The notes under the pieces are model-generated. The model was given only the letters and a program-made list of their open reading frames with translations. It had not been told where the DNA came from and did no database searches. A DNA stretch of 64,000 nucleotides from Sphyrna mokarran (taxonomy: Eukaryota): the NCBI GenBank assembly GCA_024679065.1, contig JAGIQG010000005.1, forward strand, positions 85,374,001 through 85,438,000, in the 5' to 3' direction. Both the position numbers and the translations under genes were made by a program. Shown piece after piece: positions 61,010-64,000 of the stretch (position 1 is the first letter of the stretch; the number at the start of each line of letters is the position of its first letter).

Positions 61010-61415
61010 AAGCAAAACTCAATTATAAATTTCTCATTTTTGTTTTCAAATCTCTCCATGGTCTCACTCTTACCACATCTCCGCCAACACTAAACCCTGC
61101 AGAATATCTGTAAGTATCCAATTCTGGCTTCATGTGCATTCCTAAATTAAATTGTTCAACCAGTGTTGCCGTGCCTTCAGGTGTCTTGGTGCTAAGCACT
61201 TGAATCCTTTCCCTTAATCTCTCATAGATTCATAGAACCTCTCCTCCTCCCTACATCTTTTAATCCTTTAAGACACTCCCCAAAAACTGCCAATTTGACT
61301 AATTTTTGCATCCACCATATAATATTGTCTTACATGGCATAATGTCAGAGTTTGCTTTACAGCATACCTGGGATGTTTTATTAAACTAATAGTGCAATAT
61401 AAATACAAGTTATTA
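61010..61415 (+). mobile_element. L2 LINE 3' end
   Basis: LNYKFLIFVFKSLHGL motif (L2 RI-x-FK-x-L-x-LVFK-x-LHGL) and ...atataaatacaagttatt tail. Confidence 0.7.
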
Positions 61416-62339
61416 ACATTTGGATGAGCAATATGGTGGAGAGACATAAGATGCAAAACTCATGCCAAATGTCAACTTCAAGTAATGTTGAGGATGAGAT
61501 CAACACTAAATTCAGTGAGTGATGGGCAAGAGTAGGATGACAAGTTAGGGTCCATGGCAACAAAGAGAGGCTGTGACTGACAGGAAGATGACCAAAGACT
61601 TCAATGAGGGGCTGGGAGAAACACTGCCGTCAAGAGGTGCTCTAAAAACTATTAATCTGCTGGAGCTTGCAACTTTCACCACCATTTCACTGCCCTAGCC
61701 CTGAGAAACCTTGCCAGTAACTATTGTATGTCTATCCAGCTCTCAACTGCATTGTGGGAGCCTGAATTAAATATGTTAATGAAGAGCTCCAGCGTTCCAA
61801 ATCTCACAGGCAACCTGTTGACCTAAAGATAGTACAAAGTGAGAATGAGGTGGGTTGGGACAATTGGTTGATCTTTTTTTAAAATTTTTAGCTATGGTTA
61901 CACTTTATCCTGAATTGTCTCCAACCCATTGTGAGATTAGGTTAGGTTAACATTAAACCCACTGTGTTAAATGGGCACCAGCAAGCCTCTGAGTATACAA
62001 CAAAAATGTCAATATTTACATGTGAATTTAGACAAGAAATTCCAGTTGGTTATTTAATTATCTTAACTGACTTCAGTCTCCTCCACAAACCATTACAAAC
62101 AGGAAGGTCTTAGTCGACAAACAGAGCAGGAAGTTTAACTTTTTTTTCTCACCTTACCTTCATTCTGCTTGCAATCAGCGAACGTCAATGTACACCAGAC
62201 ATGAAACATGAGACTGTCTCGCTTATTGCTAAGTTACACATTAGTGTATTACATTGATCAACTAACCCATTGGGAACAGCTATCTTAAATTTTCCTGTTT
62301 TCTAAATTTGAAAACTATTGAACGCATAGCTGACATCGT

Positions 62340-62831
62340 GTCTGGGACAAGCTGCCAGAGGCAGTAGTAGCGGCGGGTACGATTTTGTATTTTAAAAAGC
62401 ATTTAGACAGTTACATAGATAATGTGGGTATAGAGGGATATGGACCAAATGTGGGAAAGTGGGATTAACTTAGTGGTAAAAACTGGATATCAGTACTGAC
62501 AGTACCCATCTGGCACAGTGGTGGCGGCTGCTGAACATAACAGCAGTGGCCACCAGGCACTCCGGTAGTGCCAGTTGGGTATCGCCAGTATGCCACAGCA
62601 GTGCCAAGCGGGTGGAGCCTAGATGGGGGCCGTGATGCAGGAGCTATGATGGGGAGGGTGAATCATGTCAGAAGTAACCATGATAGGGTGGCACATTGGG
62701 GTCATGGTGAGGCGGGGGTCGGCGGCGGGGGGGGGGGGGGGGCCACATGTCAGGGGTAAGGCAGGGGTCTCGTAGGAAGAGTATCAATGCCAAAGGGTCT
62801 GTTTCCATGTTGGAAACCTCTATGACTCTAT
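62340..62831 (+). mobile_element. CR1 3' end split by a GC-rich insertion (about 62490-62788)
   Basis: FKKHLDSY...ggatatggaccaaatg, then resumes gccaaagggtctgtttccatg...ctctatgactctat. Confidence 0.7.
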
Positions 62832-62913
62832 CTGCTGGCATTTGTCTCAGGGGAATTTAATTTGGTTTAAAGTAGAGGCAATCATGTTTGGGTTGCATTG
62901 TATGTGTACTTAC

Positions 62914-63151
62914 CTCAAAAAGATCCATGGATTGACCAAAAACATTTAAAGTAGTTTCCAGCATTACTGATCTTGGCAAGTATCCTTCTTGCTCAAAAAT
63001 GACATTGCTTTTCAATCCAGCTGCCAGAGGCTCCTGTTTTCCTGGAATGTTAATTTTTTTGTACATGTTATAGTTTCTAGAAACTCTTTTTAAATTCAAT
63101 GGTTCTGGGAGATCAGTTTCTCGTAGAGCATCCAATAATTTTTCTTTCAGT
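62914..63151 (-). CDS. APOB: APOB exon equivalent to human exon 14 (238 nt); gene continues beyond window end
   Basis: Acceptor tttgcacag|, donor |gtaagt; encodes LKEKLLDALRETDLP...SRNYNMYK...NVIFEQEGYLPRSVMLETTLNVFGQSMDLFE, matching the ApoB lipid-transport N-terminal domain; same length as recalled human exon 14. Confidence 0.95.
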
Positions 63152-64000
63152 CTGTGCAAAGAGAAACACAATAATTTGACTGTGCCATATGAGATTATTA
63201 TTGCCACATTCAGATGTCTCTTCAGAAAGATTAGCAATATCCATGTAACTGACATAGATAAACATGCACGAATTGCAACAATTCTAGATTTTAATTATTA
63301 ATTAAGCCAAGGGAAAGAAATACTTATTCTCATCAGCAAGCTCATTCCATGGGGATGATTTATTGTTAGTAAATTGCACCAATCCTGGAGAATGACATGC
63401 AGGCCTAAAAATCTGTTCAATGATCGACCCCAAACAATTCGCAAGTCTCCTGGCCCCCACCCAATGGACAAACTGGATTGCACCCAGAGAAGGCCTGAAG
63501 CTGCTTAGTATAGTTAAAGTAGCATTTAAACATACATAGCCCAGCGCACAGAAGTCTCGGCCTTTGAGTGTGGTGAAATAGCAAGAGACTAATGGAAACC
63601 TGGCATGATGTTCATGCCAGGGTTGAGAGGGGGCTTAGAACATAGAACATTACATAGAACATTACAGCGCAGAACAGGCCCTTCGGCCTTCGATGTTGCG
63701 CTGAAAAATGGCTTAGAGGCCATTAAAGCTACTGGGTAGGTGGGCATGGTTGGGTGGTGCCGACTTGCTGGTGGATATCCACTAGACACCCTGACAATGG
63801 TCACCAGGCACCCTGGTAGTGCCGGTTCAGTGTCACCAGCGTGCCAGAGCAATGCCAAAAGGGTGGGGCTTGAATGGGGCCATAATGCAGATGCTATGAT
63901 GGCAGGGTTCACGCCAGAGGTCCTTGACTGGGAGGTACATGTCAGGGGACTCATAAGGAGGGCATCAATGCCAGCAATCCATGCTTGAGAGGGGTTGGGG

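Overview
Eukaryotic genomic DNA from a shark or other elasmobranch, judged from HE1-type V-SINEs and abundant CR1 fragments. The minus strand carries the 3' part of an intact apolipoprotein B-100 gene (APOB). I traced 16 GT-AG exons, equivalent to human exons 14-29, from 63151 to the stop codon at 17063. They include a 7,794-nt giant exon 26. All splice phases join into one open frame of about 3,978 codons; exons 1-13 lie beyond the right edge. Introns and the 17 kb downstream hold decayed mobile elements: CR1, L2, Rex1/Babar-like and Vingi-like LINEs, tRNA-derived SINEs, Harbinger remnants, Penelope-type ends with degenerate hammerhead ribozymes and a solo LTR. There is also a CpG-decayed tRNA-Leu(AAG) pseudogene and a 330-bp foldback. 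I found no clearly new multi-gene system. The best leads are in the shark ApoB protein: two extra 28-residue beta-hairpin units, no ApoB-48 editing segment, and a 65-residue C-terminal extension. Other leads are a SINE family with two different LINE-derived tails and hammerhead relics in the introns. Comparisons to human APOB and to repeat consensus sequences were made by eye from recalled sequence and need a real alignment. Repeat boundaries are approximate.
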